Positions 1-17,091 of a DNA stretch of 64,000 nucleotides are shown here, in pieces (within the stretch, counting starts at the first letter, position 1; each line of letters starts with the position of its first letter). This stretch comes from the human T2T-CHM13v2.0 reference genome, Homo sapiens. Under the pieces are notes generated by a model, which was not told the origin of the DNA, did no database searches, and saw only the letters and a program-made list of their open reading frames with translations. Where the stretch lies: assembly GCF_009914755.1 (NCBI RefSeq), contig NC_060937.1; one strand, given 5' to 3'. The position numbers and the translations under genes are program-made.

Positions 1-150
1 CAGGGACATTGAGCAGTGCTTGGAGAGATATTTTCAGTTGTCACAACTTGAGTGGGTGCTACTGGCACCTAGTGGGTAGCAGCCAGAGATGCTGCTAACC
101 ATTCTACAATGCATAGGGCAGCCCCTGGTAATAAAGAGCTATCCAGCCGA
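1..150. mobile_element. MER20-like hAT DNA transposon fragment
   Basis: ttgtcacaact...tgctactggcacctagtgggtag...gatgctgctaa motif. Confidence 0.6.
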
Positions 151-299
151 AACTCCTTTGCTTTAGATGAAGTGTCCTTCTGCTGTTATCTTCCCTCACT
201 TTGTCATGTTCTCCCATCCTCCCTGTCCTACGTACTTATCTAGCAAAAATAAATCATTGTGAGTAGCTTGCCCATCTCATTTGGGGTAAATGCATTTAG

Positions 300-948
300 T
301 GTGGTTCCTTGCAATGAGTTTGGCTAAATCACTGCACAGGTAGAGGACACAGTCAGTCCTCCACAAGACCACTCCCACTTCTGACACCAACTGCAAGTTC
401 ATGGTTCCCAGAACCATCCTCAGGCTTGATAATTCTCTGGAAAGACTCAAAGAACTCACTGAAATCTCCTATACTTACAGTTTAATCATGGGAAAGATAC
501 AAATTAAAATCCACCAAGGGAAGAGATGCATAGAGCAGGGCCTAGGAGTGGTCCAAACAGAGAGCTTCTGATTATCCTCTCCCTGTGGAGCAAGACATGG
601 CAGTACCTTTTCCTAACCACAGTGTGACAGTACTTGAAGAGTATTGCCAACCAGGGAATCCTACTCTAGACTTTGGCATTCAGAGTTTTTACTGAGGCTT
701 GATCACATACCACCCACCAGGCCAACCTTTAGTCTCTAGTCCCGGAGGTTCAGGCTAGTAACTCCAGAAGCTGATGTGTCCCAAAGCTCCCATTGTGAAT
801 CACATTGATAGACTGACCAGTGGCCAAAGCCAGGGCAAACAAAGACACTCCCGTCAGGCAGAGCATTTCAGGGGTGTAGAAATCATTTCCTAGGAGCCAA
901 CAACAGAGGCCAGACCTCTCTTTGAGTAAAGTTAATTCTTCACTACAC
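300..948. mobile_element. MER21-like LTR relic
   Basis: cacttctgacaccaactgcaag, agactcaaagaactcactg, ccagacctctctttg motifs. Confidence 0.55.
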
Positions 949-1939
949 ATTCTAAAACCCATATTTTATTTATTTGTTTAATTCTTTTACAACCCATATT
1001 TTAATTTTGAAGTTACCTTCATTACGGGAAGAAAAACCATAGGCTCTGAGTCCTTGCACTAGGCTAGTGATTAGACTGTAAGCTTTTCAAAGAGGCAGAT
1101 TATCTTATTCATCATTCTTTTGCTTGTCTACTTAAGTGTTCCATACATCTTTATTGACTAACTTAGTAAATCAGTGAACTTTGTCTTTAATTAAGTGATT
1201 TCAGGGATCACGTAACAGGTGATAATTTTGCCAGGTGGGCCTTCAAAAGATCTTTAGAAATGACTTTGGAGATTCTTATTTTATAGATGAGGAAACTGAA
1301 GCCTAGAAAAGCCAAGGTCTCACAGTTATCTGTAACTGGGATAGTGTGTGGGTCATTTGATCCTCTGTTGAATGATATTTTCATCACATCCTACTTGTTA
1401 TATTACATGGGAAAAAGTTTTATACTTGTCATATGAAACATCTTACAGGTTCACTTAAGAGGACAAAATTCTAGGTTGCTCCTAAGGAGCTTACAGTCTT
1501 CAGAAGGAAAATTAAATGGACACACTTAGATATTACAAGGCATGAAGTAATAAATTATAATAAAAGAGTATAAATTGCTGTGGAATTTAAAAGAGAGGTT
1601 ATTTACCACTAGTTGGGAAAGTCAGAAGAGATTGCTTAGAAGATAAATTAAGAGTTGATTATTACGGGATATGTAGAATTGAGATTGACCTTGAGATACA
1701 GGAGAAAAGGGCATTGCAGGTAAGGGTACAAGATGAATGAGGGAAGAGAGTGTAGGAGCTGCCCAATGCTAACAACAAAACACAAAAATGAGATTTAGTC
1801 ATTAGGCAGTAGTTAAAAAAATAATGGTCTTCCCCTCAGTTGGTTCTCATGGAAGAAGTTGCAGAGACCCATATCCTTCCTTTTCAGTTTTTTCTTAAGA
1901 CCTGGAGCCAATCTTATCAAGCATGAGTTTAAGCCCTGA

Positions 1940-4400
<2,461 letters not shown>

Positions 4401-4966
4401 TCTGTGAGTGATATTTAATAAATATTTCTAACAGTTCTGCCTAACAACTAACATTTTTAGTATACTTTCATCGATGTGCTCCTATTTGATTCTAACTACA
4501 ATTTTGTGATCCGTATACTTTGTATTCTTATTTAAAAGATGAGAAAACTGTAGGTTCAAAGAGATTAAATAAAGGTATCTGTTATAGGGATAGCTGAGAT
4601 TCAAACCCAAGTTCTCAGACCCCAAATCTTGTGTCTATTGTTTGGCCTAGTGGCTAGCAGTAATAATTATGCAATAAAATGTTTAATTCGTGATGGTTGC
4701 AAGCATGAAAACAAATCTTTCTTATCGGCACCTCAGATCGTTCAAAAGTCCCCTTTCTCCTTTAAAATGAATTCCAGAATGAGTCTCCTTCTCACATAAT
4801 TAAAATACCTGAGCTCCCTAATATTTAAGATAATTTAAAAGAAATCATTCTAAGTATTATATAAATATTTCTTTATTTATGAGTCTATATTTTCTATTTC
4901 TTTTCCAGTTTTCTATTATATAGCTCAGTCTGAATCCTGTTAACTATGTTCTTTTTCCTCCCCAAG

Positions 4967-5023
4967 ATAACTGCTAAAATATCAAGCACGGCAGTTACTA
5001 GACCTATAGCTACTGGATATGGG
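4967..5023 (+). CDS. IFT88: IFT88 exon, 57 nt: ITAKISSTAVTRPIATGYG
   Basis: ctttttcctccccaag|ATA ... GGG|gtaggt; phase 0-0. Confidence 0.95.
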
Positions 5024-5769
5024 GTAGGTTTTTGTAAGCTGAAAATATTAAGATGCTTTTTCTCATACAATAGTTCACTTTAGGCAGTTCTGAATAATTT
5101 TATTATATCTTAGGTCATAATCCAAATATATTTTCTATTTTGGATACTTACAAACATTATACAAGTCTAGTGTGATTAATAAATTTGAATATTGTCATTT
5201 TGATTTGTAAGTATTGGAAAATATTTTATTAACCTTTTTCCATTTGTAAACCCTGTGTTCGTTGACTTCCTTTCATTTTCTACATGATACAACCAAGTCT
5301 CGTGTATTCCATTCATATATTTTATGTGAAGTTAGATTTTACATAAATGTAATAGTGTATATAATTGGGAAACATTTACTAATTAACAAATATAAAATGT
5401 AAGAAAAGTGTTTCAGAAGTGTGTATTTGGGTCTTATATTAGAAGCCTTTGGAGGAAAGATATATCAAACTCTATAAAAGTTATAAACTTTTTAATCTTG
5501 TTCAAATTACCTGTAATTTGGATGTTTTAGCTTATATGAAATAACAGGAATGAGAAAAATGGAAGAATTAGGTGGAATAGCTTTTCTTAGTCAAAAAAAT
5601 ATCTTCAGAACCTAGAGGTCCAGGGCACTTGCCTTTATAATGTTCCTTTATATGAGTGAAGAAAGTAGCCTTGTACATAATATAAACGTGTGTCATATTA
5701 AACATGTTTTTATTAGTTAGCCTGAGTGTGTATTACTCATAAATTTGATTTTTGGTGGTGTTTCAGAAA

Positions 5770-5960
5770 AAGAGCAAACTTTTTCCATGAAGGGCTAGAT
5801 ATTTTAGGCTTTGCAGATCATATGTTCTCTGTTGCTACTATCCAACTCTGCATTTGTAAAGCAAAAGCAGCCACAGGCAATGTGCAAAGGAATGGGGCAT
5901 GGCTATGTTCCAGTAAAACTTTATTTACAAAGACCATGGGTTGTAGTTTGCTGCTCCCTG
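5770..5960. mobile_element. MER58-like DNA transposon
   Basis: gcaaactttt...atattttaggctttgcag...ggctatgttccagtaaaactttatttacaaa. Confidence 0.65.
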
Positions 5961-6122
5961 TTTTATAGTTTTATGGTTTTACCCTATACGCCCAGGAGGT
6001 ACAAGGAATAAATTATGTTTGTTTATTTGCCGATAGAATGAAGAAAACTTCTATAACTTGGTTTAAACATTTAAGGCAGATATTTTTAGGAATCTTTTTA
6101 ACTTAACTTTTCTGTTTACTAG

Positions 6123-6176
6123 TCCAAGACATCTCTGGCATCATCAATAGGAAGACCAATGACAGGGGCTATTCAG
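6123..6176 (+). CDS. IFT88: IFT88 exon, 54 nt: SKTSLASSIGRPMTGAIQ
   Basis: tttactag|TCC ... CAG|gtatct; phase 0-0. Confidence 0.95.
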
Positions 6177-6773
6177 GTATCTCTATTGGATGCATGTTCA
6201 TTTTGTGCCTTTCTTGTGACTTGGAATTTACTACCAAAGTTTTTTTACTTTATTATATTATTTTAAAATGTTAAAGAAGATATTACTTATATAGTGACCC
6301 AGATTCTTTAAATTGTGGGCTAAAGTCTACACTGTTGTAAATCTTTGAAGGCGAAGTCTCTTTAGATTTATTTACTCAGGTATCAAATGAATTCCCATTG
6401 GGGTGTGGACATAGAACTGATAATTGCTTATATGATGTATTCTGGGGCCCATTTTTCCTGTTACCATTTACAACAATTTCTGTGGTTTCTCTCATAGGCA
6501 TGTAAGAGACCAACCAAAAGTAAGAGAGTAGCTGGCTAATAAGCTGATTAATTTTTTTTAAAACTATAGCCCAATTACATCAAAGAATTGAAATTGTAAA
6601 GGTGAGAGAGGACATGATTGATACATGAGGAGGTAGAAGTAAGGAGTAAACGTATAGTGATTGAAAATCAGCATTTTTTTAAATAGGGCTATATTAAGGT
6701 GTGTGTAATGTGCAGAACTGTACATAGGAGATAGATCTTATTTAAGAATAAATGATTCCCATTCTCTTTAAAG

Positions 6774-6837
6774 GATGGAGTTACTAGACCCATGACAGCA
6801 GTGAGAGCAGCTGGTTTTACCAAAGCAGCTTTGAGAG
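6774..6837 (+). CDS. IFT88: IFT88 exon, 64 nt: DGVTRPMTAVRAAGFTKAALR-G
   Basis: ctctttaaag|GAT ... AGAG|gtttgt; phase 0-1. Confidence 0.95.
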
Positions 6838-7490
6838 GTTTGTTACACTGTCTCTACTAATAATCTTTTTTGGATCTTTTAATCTTTTATCATTTTGTGA
6901 TATAAATATTACTGTCATTTTAAATAAAATCTAACAATGCCATTGATTATAAGATGCACTGATATTTTAGGTACCATTAAGAAAGGAAAAGGATGATGAA
7001 AACCTTCTACATATCTGTTGGGGTGGTAATTAAACCATGGTGTAATTTGTCAAAATGCATTGAAATAATATGTAAAAAGTTAAATGATAATTTAAAAATA
7101 AAATTATAACAAAAATTAATGTTTAGTATGCCAATAAGGAAAATTAAAAAGCCAATAGCAGGTTATAAGACATGTGACTGATAATTTAGAGTTGATAATA
7201 GAGATAGATCACTGTGGAAGAGAAAGTAAATGCTGAGAATATCTTATTTTTGTTTTTAAGTTTAACACACGTATTATTTACATAGCTTTATGTGTGTTAA
7301 AAATCTTACCAATTTCCCAGTATATGAAATGTTTATGTAGACACAATGTTATCTCCATTTAATAAATAGATAATTGAAACCATTTAATAAAGAGGTAAAT
7401 GAAATAGCTTATGCGAGGTTTTATATTTTCATATATTCTTCGATTTTGCTGAGTTACAAATTGAATATTAACTCTTGAATTGTGTCTCAG

Positions 7491-7560
7491 GCTCTGCATT
7501 TGACCCCCTTAGTCAGTCAAGGGGCCCTGCTTCCCCTTTGGAAGCCAAGAAAAAAGATAG
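7491..7560 (+). CDS. IFT88: IFT88 exon, 70 nt: GSAFDPLSQSRGPASPLEAKKKDS
   Basis: tgtctcag|GC ... GATAG|gtatgt; phase 1-2. Confidence 0.95.
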
Positions 7561-7632
7561 GTATGTAAGTCCTTATGTTGTTGTTTGTTGTTGTTGCTGC
7601 ATATTTTAAATTTTTATTTTCCAAATACACAA

Positions 7633-7924
<292 letters not shown>

Positions 7925-7929
7925 CACAT

Positions 7930-7997
7930 AATTACATAATTATGTGACTTCCATAAGAATTACATAATTATGTGAATTCCATAAGAATTACATAATT
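7930..7997. repeat. 28-bp tandem repeat, about 2.4 copies, with palindromic core ACATAATTATGT
   Basis: aattacataattatgtga(c/a)ttccataag x2 plus a partial copy. Confidence 0.85.
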
Positions 7998-8886
7998 CTT
8001 AATCTTTAAAAAGTTTGTGTCAGCAGAGTAGTAAACAAAAAATCATCCCTAGTTGCCAGAACTAACAAAATTAAGAATAGCCATATGTATTCTGTGCAAT
8101 TTTATTGTGATATTATATGACTTGAAGATATGGTCTAATTTTTTATCAGGGCCAGTATTGAGTCTCCTGACAGCCAAATGGGGTTGTAAATGTTGTAAGA
8201 TATGATTATCTTGAGAGGACATTTCAAGGGAAAAAATTAAGAGAACACATATGAAATTAATGTGTCATATTATTGAGAAATTTAATTTTTTATAGAACAA
8301 ACTTAATTTAGTGCTAGTGGCTAGACAGTAGCCAAAAAGCTATGGTATACATTTAATTATATACATCTGCTGGTATCCAAGTACCTTGATGTATACATTT
8401 TACAAATAGTAATAAAAGCTAACATTAACTGAGTCCTTGCTGTGTGCCAGGCACTTTTCCAAGTACTTTCCCTATGAAAACAGAGCTATTATTCTCACTA
8501 GTTTATAAAGAGGGGAGCTGAAGCCCAGCTATCTTAACTTTCTAAGGCTAGTAAATGACAAGGCTTAGATTCAAACCCAGTTTTTCTAGTTCCAGAGCTT
8601 GGGCTCTGGAACTAGAACTGGAATTAATCACTATACTGTTTTGCTTCTATAGAATATATGTTTTTAAATTGTAATTCTTTTTTTTTGTTTCTTTTTTTTA
8701 TTTAAATTGTAATTCTTAAACCCAGTATTTAGGCTTTCGTGTAAATTACATAATTTCCATTTTTGACTAGCAAGGAACCTCTATAGAAAATCATGTTATT
8801 TTTTATCTTAATTAATGACAGCACATTAGCTAATAAAAGCATTTTTTATTTAAATATTATGTCATTCATGGTCCTTTTGGCTGCTA

Positions 8887-9245
<359 letters not shown>

Positions 9246-10272
9246 TTAACAAGAAAATTTATTATCTCACATAATAGGAAGTCTGGAGGAAGGGAAGTTC
9301 TGGGGATGGTTAATTTAACTGCTCAGTAACATCATCCCTGGTCCAGCTTCTCTTTGTTTCCCTTGGCTTTCCCCAAGCGCCTGCCGATCATTATGATGCC
9401 AAGAGAGTGTTGAGAGTTCAAAATCTCCATGTAACTGATATAGTCTAGAGGCAGAATGTTCCTAGTCTTAGGTCTCTTAAAAAGCCAAGAAGATCTTTCT
9501 AGCAGCCCTGTACCTGAAGCAGATATGCCTTCATTTCTCAGTGTGGAATGCATCAAATGCTCGTGGCTGAACCAAACACTTGGCAAAGAGAATGAGATTC
9601 TCTTGACTTGCTTAGATTCTGCATGCAAAGAAGAAGGGCGGGTGGCAGGCTCTGTGTGGGTAGGTAGCCAACAGTGCCTGAATATAGATTGCATTTTTTT
9701 TGCATTTGATAGGGACAGGGTAAGTTACTTTCAGTGTCTTCATAAAGTTCTCTTACAGATTTTTAAGTTTAAAATTCTATGTTGATATTTTGAATTTAAT
9801 AATAAAATCTGTAAGCAACATTTAAGACATACATTCAAGTGTTTCAGACAACTAGAAAATAGAATTCTATACTTCATGTAACCTTCATAAAACTACCATC
9901 TATTATGCTTACTGCTCAGTTAGAATTTTACAGATCTTTATAAACTAATAAACTTTGTAGTCTTAGTCCCAGGTTTCCTCAAAGAATATAATTTTATAGA
10001 AAAAGTTATGCTGCTCAATTTATTTCTATATACTTTTATAAAATCCATTTGTAGAGAATTAAGAGAACTACTATCTATTCTGATATAGCAGTAGTAAAAT
10101 TTTATTTAGGCATTGATGTGTATTCAGAGTATTGTTGTATTTTGCCAAAAGAAAGTGGTAGCAAAACAACATTACTGTTATTTTGAAAGGTAACTGATTT
10201 GGGAATACTTGATTTGCTATTAATAGAGCCAGGATTTTTAAACTTCTTCACCTCATTAGAAACTTTCTCTAT

Positions 10273-10427
10273 GGCCAGGCATGGTGGTGCACGCCTATAG
10301 TGTCAACTACTCAGGAGGCTGAGGCAGAAAGATCGCTTAAGCCCAAGAGTTCAAGCCGTAGTGCATTATGATTGTGCCTGTAAATAGCCACTGCACTCTA
10401 GCCTGGGCAACATAGCAAGAACCTGTC
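10273..10427 (+). mobile_element. Monomeric Alu (FLAM/FAM-like)
   Basis: Single 7SL-derived arm. Confidence 0.75.
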
Positions 10428-10428
10428 G

Positions 10429-10784
<356 letters not shown>

Positions 10785-10913
10785 TGAATAATTACATGAT
10801 GTAGTTGTTAAAAACAGTACTACATTTGCTCTTTAATACCATGTATACATTTGTCTTATCTATAACTATTCTTGAAGTTTAAATGCACATTGTTCAATGT
10901 TGAAAGTAAATTA

Positions 10914-11249
10914 GGCTGGGTGTTGTGGCTCACACCTGTAATCCCAGCACTTTGGGAGGCTGAGGAGGGAGGATCGCTTGAGGCCTGGAGTTTAAGACCA
11001 GCCTCCCTGGGCAAGATGAGGAGACTCTGTCACTACAAAAAACAAAAACAAAATTATTCATGTATGGTGGCATGCACCTGTAGTCCTAGCTACTTGAGAG
11101 GCTGAGGTGGGAGGAGATGACCTGAGCCCAGGAGTCAAGACTACAGGCTGCAGTGAGCTATGATTGTGCCACTGCACTCCGTCCTGGGCAACCAAGTAAG
11201 ACCTTGTCTGTAAAATAAAATAAAATAAAATAAAATAAAATAAAATAAA
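10914..11249 (+). mobile_element. AluJ with (TAAAA)n tail
   Basis: Dimer with pentanucleotide microsatellite tail. Confidence 0.9.
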
Positions 11250-11310
11250 TTTTAGTATAGATTTTTAGAGGTTGAATGATTTAAATTGTACCTGCTTTTG
11301 TCTTTAATAG

Positions 11311-11401
11311 CCCAGAGGAAAAAATAAAGCAATTAGAGAAGGAAGTAAATGAGTTGGTAGAAGAAAGCTGTATTGCCAATAGTTGTGGAGACTTAAAATT
11401 G
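11311..11401 (+). CDS. IFT88: IFT88 exon, 91 nt: PEEKIKQLEKEVNELVEESCIANSCGDLKL
   Basis: tctttaatag|C ... TTG|gtaagt; phase 2-0. Confidence 0.96.
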
Positions 11402-12175
11402 GTAAGTTCATAAACAAGATTCAAAATTATGAAGCATTTATAGATGTATGTCTGCTTTTATACATACACCGTATGTATAGACAAATATTTTTGTTTGCCG
11501 TTGACTGGTCTTAGGATAAGAAGCAATTATTTTGAGAACCAGGAATTGTAACTCAGTTTCATAAATTTGAATGTCAGAATAATTGGCTGGTTTTGTAATT
11601 TTTGACATTGGTCTTTTCAGTAGGGAAAAAAATTCTAATGTATTTGTATACTTAACTTGGCAGCCTGGTGGACTATTGGATTAGATAGCAATATGCTGCT
11701 GAAAGGTGTAGCTACCATGAGCCACACACAGTACTAAGGGCTGTTTTCTTCTTGAAGTCTCTCTACTATCAAATATTTTTTCCTAAGTAAACTAAAAAAT
11801 TAGTTTGCTTTTTGGGAATCTAACTTGGCTTTTTAAATATCAATCTTTACTTTTAATTTGCTTTGTTCATGTTACTTTGATTGTCATATCATATAAATAT
11901 AATTTCTGTGAGTTATTGGATTAATGAATACCATTAGAAAGAAATGTTCACTTTAAAAAGCTGCTTTTACTACTCATAGAACTGGGGCTTTTTTTGTCAT
12001 TCTAAAAAACAAAAAGTCCCTTTCCAAGGGAAGTTTCTGGTAAGAGCACACAGGGGTGTCTTGAGGAATCTGAGGATAGAAAATGAATTCATCCAACCTT
12101 CATGTAGATATTTCTCAAATGCATAAAAGTTGATGAACACTCAAAGGAAGTTACAAGGTATAAATCTGATTTCAG

Positions 12176-12280
12176 GCCTTAGAAAAGGCAAAAGATGCAG
12201 GAAGAAAAGAGAGAGTCCTGGTGAGACAGCGAGAACAAGTTACAACTCCAGAAAATATCAATTTGGATTTAACTTACTCA
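12176..12280 (+). CDS. IFT88: IFT88 exon, 105 nt: ALEKAKDAGRKERVLVRQREQVTTPENINLDLTYS
   Basis: gatttcag|GCC ... TCA|gtaagt; phase 0-0. Confidence 0.95.
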
Positions 12281-12485
12281 GTAAGTATTGAAATATAACA
12301 CAATTTTTAAATAAAATTTTGACTAGGGTTAATGGGTTCCAGAGTCTTTTTTCTTTTATTTTTAAAATCTTACTGGTCTTCAGGTGCTCACAATTAGATT
12401 AATAATAATCTTTAGTTCATAAAACACTCTTGTCTTTGTTTTGTGCAAAGAGCTCTTTTATTTAGTTATTTAACTAGTTATTTTA

Positions 12486-12933
12486 GGCTGGGTGCAGTGA
12501 CTCACGCCTGTAATCCTAACACCTTGGGAGGTCAAGGTGGGAGGATTACTGAGTGAGCTCAGAAGTTTGCGACCAGCCTGGGCAACATAGTGAGACCTCG
12601 TCTCTATTTATTAAAAAATATGTAGCCGGGTGCGGTGGCTCACGCCTGTAATCCCAGCACTTTGGGAGGCCGAGGCGGGCAGATCACAAGGTCAGGAAAT
12701 CGAGACCATCCTGGCTAACATGGTGAAACCCCATCTCTACTAAAAATACAAAAAATTAGCCGGGTGTGGTGGCGGGCGCCTGTAGTCCCAGCTACTTGGG
12801 AGGCTGGAGCAGGAGAATGGCGTGAACCCAGGAGGCGGAGCTTGCGGCGAGCCGAGATCTTGCCACCACACTCCAGAGCCTGGGCGACAGAGCGAGACTC
12901 CGTCTCAAAAAAAAAATATATATATATATATAT
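12486..12933 (+). mobile_element. Alu monomer (12486-12619) followed by AluY (12625-12916) and a (TA)n microsatellite
   Basis: AluY-type gagaccatcctggctaac and gaatggcgtgaacc. Confidence 0.9.
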
Positions 12934-13811
12934 TTTTTTTGATAACTTAGTAAGTACCTGCAAACCTACCATGCAATGGCTCTATTTCTTGAAGAGCACT
13001 AATTTTAATGCTCTATCAAGGTGGTTATTTTGATGAGATTGTAATGTAGACTTTTCGGTCAGTGATTTTCAAGAACTTTAGGCATATAAAATAATGTTCT
13101 ATGAGGGTAGTGGGGAAAAAAAACTAATGCCTCTAATTTCTAGCAACATTTATTTAATTCTGAAAAGACACCTCCATAATGTTTGCACTTCTGTTTAAAA
13201 GGGTGTATTTTCAGTGGGTAAAGGTTTCATATGCTAAACACATAGGAAAAAAAGGGCGTTTGAAATTTTGAAGTGTTAGATGCTTACTGTTTATAGCTGA
13301 TACTCTACGATTCCATGAAATCTTTCAGGGATAATTTATGATGATCATTTTTTACCTTTAGGAACATAATTTACTATAAATTAATTACTTAAATTGTAAT
13401 TTAGTATATAGAGCTTACTATACAGATTCTTCTGATAGACTTTAAGGTTTAAGATATTTCCACGTTTAATTTATATTTAGTTCACGATCTTGCTTATTTC
13501 TTTGATCACCAGCAGCATTAATGATACACATTTATTCTTTGTAGGTCCTCCAGAGATTAATAGATGGCAAATACTACTAAATTAAATAGAATACATAGAA
13601 AATTAAGGTGAAATTTAGAGGACAGCTCTTCTTTTCTTAATGTTCATTTGTAATGCAAGATAATTCTTTTGTTTACTTAATTTCATAATTGGCTGAGTAT
13701 CTTGATATAAGTAGCTAACTTTGTTATAGGATTTTAATCTCTAGAAAGATTATAGGTGAAAGGGGCCTAAAGTGGTCTTATGTGTCTTTTCTATAATATT
13801 TTCTTCCTTAG

Positions 13812-13914
13812 GTTCTTTTCAATTTGGCCAGTCAGTATTCAGTTAATGAAATGTATGCCGAAGCACTTAACACTTATCAAGTTATAGTCAAAAATAAGAT
13901 GTTTAGCAATGCAG
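13812..13914 (+). CDS. IFT88: IFT88 exon, 103 nt: VLFNLASQYSVNEMYAEALNTYQVIVKNKMFSNA-G (TPR)
   Basis: ttccttag|GTT ... GCAG|gtaagt; phase 0-1. Confidence 0.96.
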
Positions 13915-14611
13915 GTAAGTGTACATAATCAGTTTTTCCAATAGATGTAATTCTTTCGTAGTGTTAATTTATGTCTCTTCATTTTATGCTTCCTTAAAAT
14001 GAAATGATCTATGCTCTAAACAAATCAGTATTTATGATAGGGGTATCCTGCTTAAACATACTATTTATATAAAAATCCTTACAGATGAAGAAATATAGTT
14101 AGTATGAGGTATATTGCCTAATAGTATCCTGTTATCACAAGTAGAATGAGCCATGACATCCTCATAGAATGTGCTTTTCCTTATATAAATTTATCCCCAA
14201 GAGATTATAGTTTATATTTAGCATTTATATTGTGTAATTTTTTGGTAGCAGTATTAATGTTTATCAGAATGTCGTTTCCTTTAATATTATTAAAATGTAT
14301 GTGGCATTCTTGAGTCTAACTTTTAAATGTCTTTAAGTTCCATGTTTTCTTAGAAGAACGCACAATAATGTAAAGCACAATAATGTAAATCAGTTGTTTT
14401 CTAGCCATAGTTTCAGGAATCTGTCTTAAGTTCCATTTCTTCACAGGAGGTAAGTTTGAAAAGTATAACTGTTTTAAAGTTAGAATTTTAGATAATATCT
14501 GAGACTTCATAACTGAGAAATGCTTCAGAGAATATGAATTAAAAGTCATCTAAAATATCAAAGAGTGGAAAAATGAGAGTATTATACATTCATTAAATTT
14601 TTTTAAATTAG

Positions 14612-14726
14612 GAATATTGAAAATGAATATGGGAAATATCTATTTAAAGCAAAGAAATTATTCCAAAGCCATTAAATTCTACCGAATGGCATTAGACCAA
14701 GTTCCAAGTGTCAATAAGCAAATGAG
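14612..14726 (+). CDS. IFT88: IFT88 exon, 115 nt: GILKMNMGNIYLKQRNYSKAIKFYRMALDQVPSVNKQMR (TPR)
   Basis: aaattag|GA ... ATGAG|gtaagt; phase 1-2. Confidence 0.96.
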
Positions 14727-15739
14727 GTAAGTTTATAACAATAGATAATAATTGTAAAATTTAAGTGTTTTTCTGAAACAAGATAACTCTTCTGACCTGT
14801 TTTCAGTGGGTTGAACATTTCAAAGTGTTTGTACATGAGATTTATACGTGTAGTATTTTGATCTGTTCCCTTCTTACTACTTGTACACATTTTTATAATG
14901 ACAAGTTAAAGGTTAAAGCATTGTATATGATCATATGAAATAAAACTGAGTGACCAATAAAGGGGTTAACCCTGAAGGCCATTACTACCCTGATATAACT
15001 TAATGCGGACACAAAATCATAATAGCAGTCCTCCAGAACATATCAATACAAGGCTAGAAATTAAGCTCCCCTTATGTTCTTGCTGTAGCTTGAGAATGAA
15101 ATAGAGAAAAGGATTACTTCTGAGTCTTAGAAGAGGGGGAAGCTGGGATATTTTCTATTATAATATTCAGGAGCAGAAACAGTAAGTTCTCTTATGGTCT
15201 AGTGATAACTGTGGGGACATAGGAAGTTTCCAAGATATTTACTGATCATAATTTCCCCTAGGCACAGTACAGTTTCTCTGTGAAAGTTAATTTATTTGCA
15301 ATACCATCTTTTAAGATCATTCGTTTTTGAATTTTACATAATATCTCATTATCATTAGCAAATATTATCTAACTTACAGAACACAATGCCCTTGAAGTAC
15401 TTTTAAGCCAGGTGAGACCAAGAATTTGAGCATTTTAGAAAAAAAATTGTATTGAGTAACATATATTAAGTGCTTCATAATCAATAATCAAGACAATGGG
15501 TGCTATAATAATTCAGTGGAAGAAATCATTATTGAGAACAAGAATGATCAAGAAAGGCTTTATGAAGGAGGCATACTTGATATTGACTCTTTAGGAGGAG
15601 AGAAGGGATAACATCTGAGAAAAAGGCAACACCTGAGACCAGTCAGGGAAATAATAGTCTTTATGATCTGATCAGAGAATTATGAATAAACTAATTGAGT
15701 TGAAATAGAGGGATTATATTGAGGAGTGTTTAGAAATAA

Positions 15740-16760
<1,021 letters not shown>

Positions 16761-16862
16761 AAGTAAAGTGGGAGACGAAAAAAGAAAACTATTTGTGAAT
16801 GGTTTGAATGCCATACTAAAGAGTTCAGAATTTTAAAGCTAATCCATGTCTTTTTCTTTTAG

Positions 16863-17091
16863 GATTAAAATAATGCAGAATATTGGAGTTACATTTATTC
16901 AGGCTGGTCAGTATTCAGATGCTATTAATTCATATGAGCACATAATGAGCATGGCACCAAATCTGAAGGCAGGCTACAACCTAACTATCTGTTATTTTGC
17001 TATTGGAGACCGAGAAAAAATGAAGAAGGCATTCCAAAAATTGATTACTGTTCCATTAGAAATTGATGAAGATAAATATATTTCACCAAGT
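16863..17091 (+). CDS. IFT88: IFT88 exon, 229 nt: IKIMQNIGVTFIQAGQYSDAINSYEH...EIDEDKYISPS (TPRs)
   Basis: tttcttttag|G ... AGT|gtgagt; overlaps ORF 16846..17118; phase 2-0. Confidence 0.97.

Noticed and set aside
6177-6773. Donor GTATCTCT as a second U12 intron
   Set aside because: Preceded by a U2-typical CAG, and no TCCTTAAC-like branch site near the 6773 acceptor; more likely U2-type
7930-7997. Palindromic direct repeats as a CRISPR-like array
   Set aside because: No spacers, fewer than three units, primate intron context
14360-14389. 15-bp perfect tandem duplication gcacaataatgtaaa
   Set aside because: Ordinary slippage-type duplication with no functional hint
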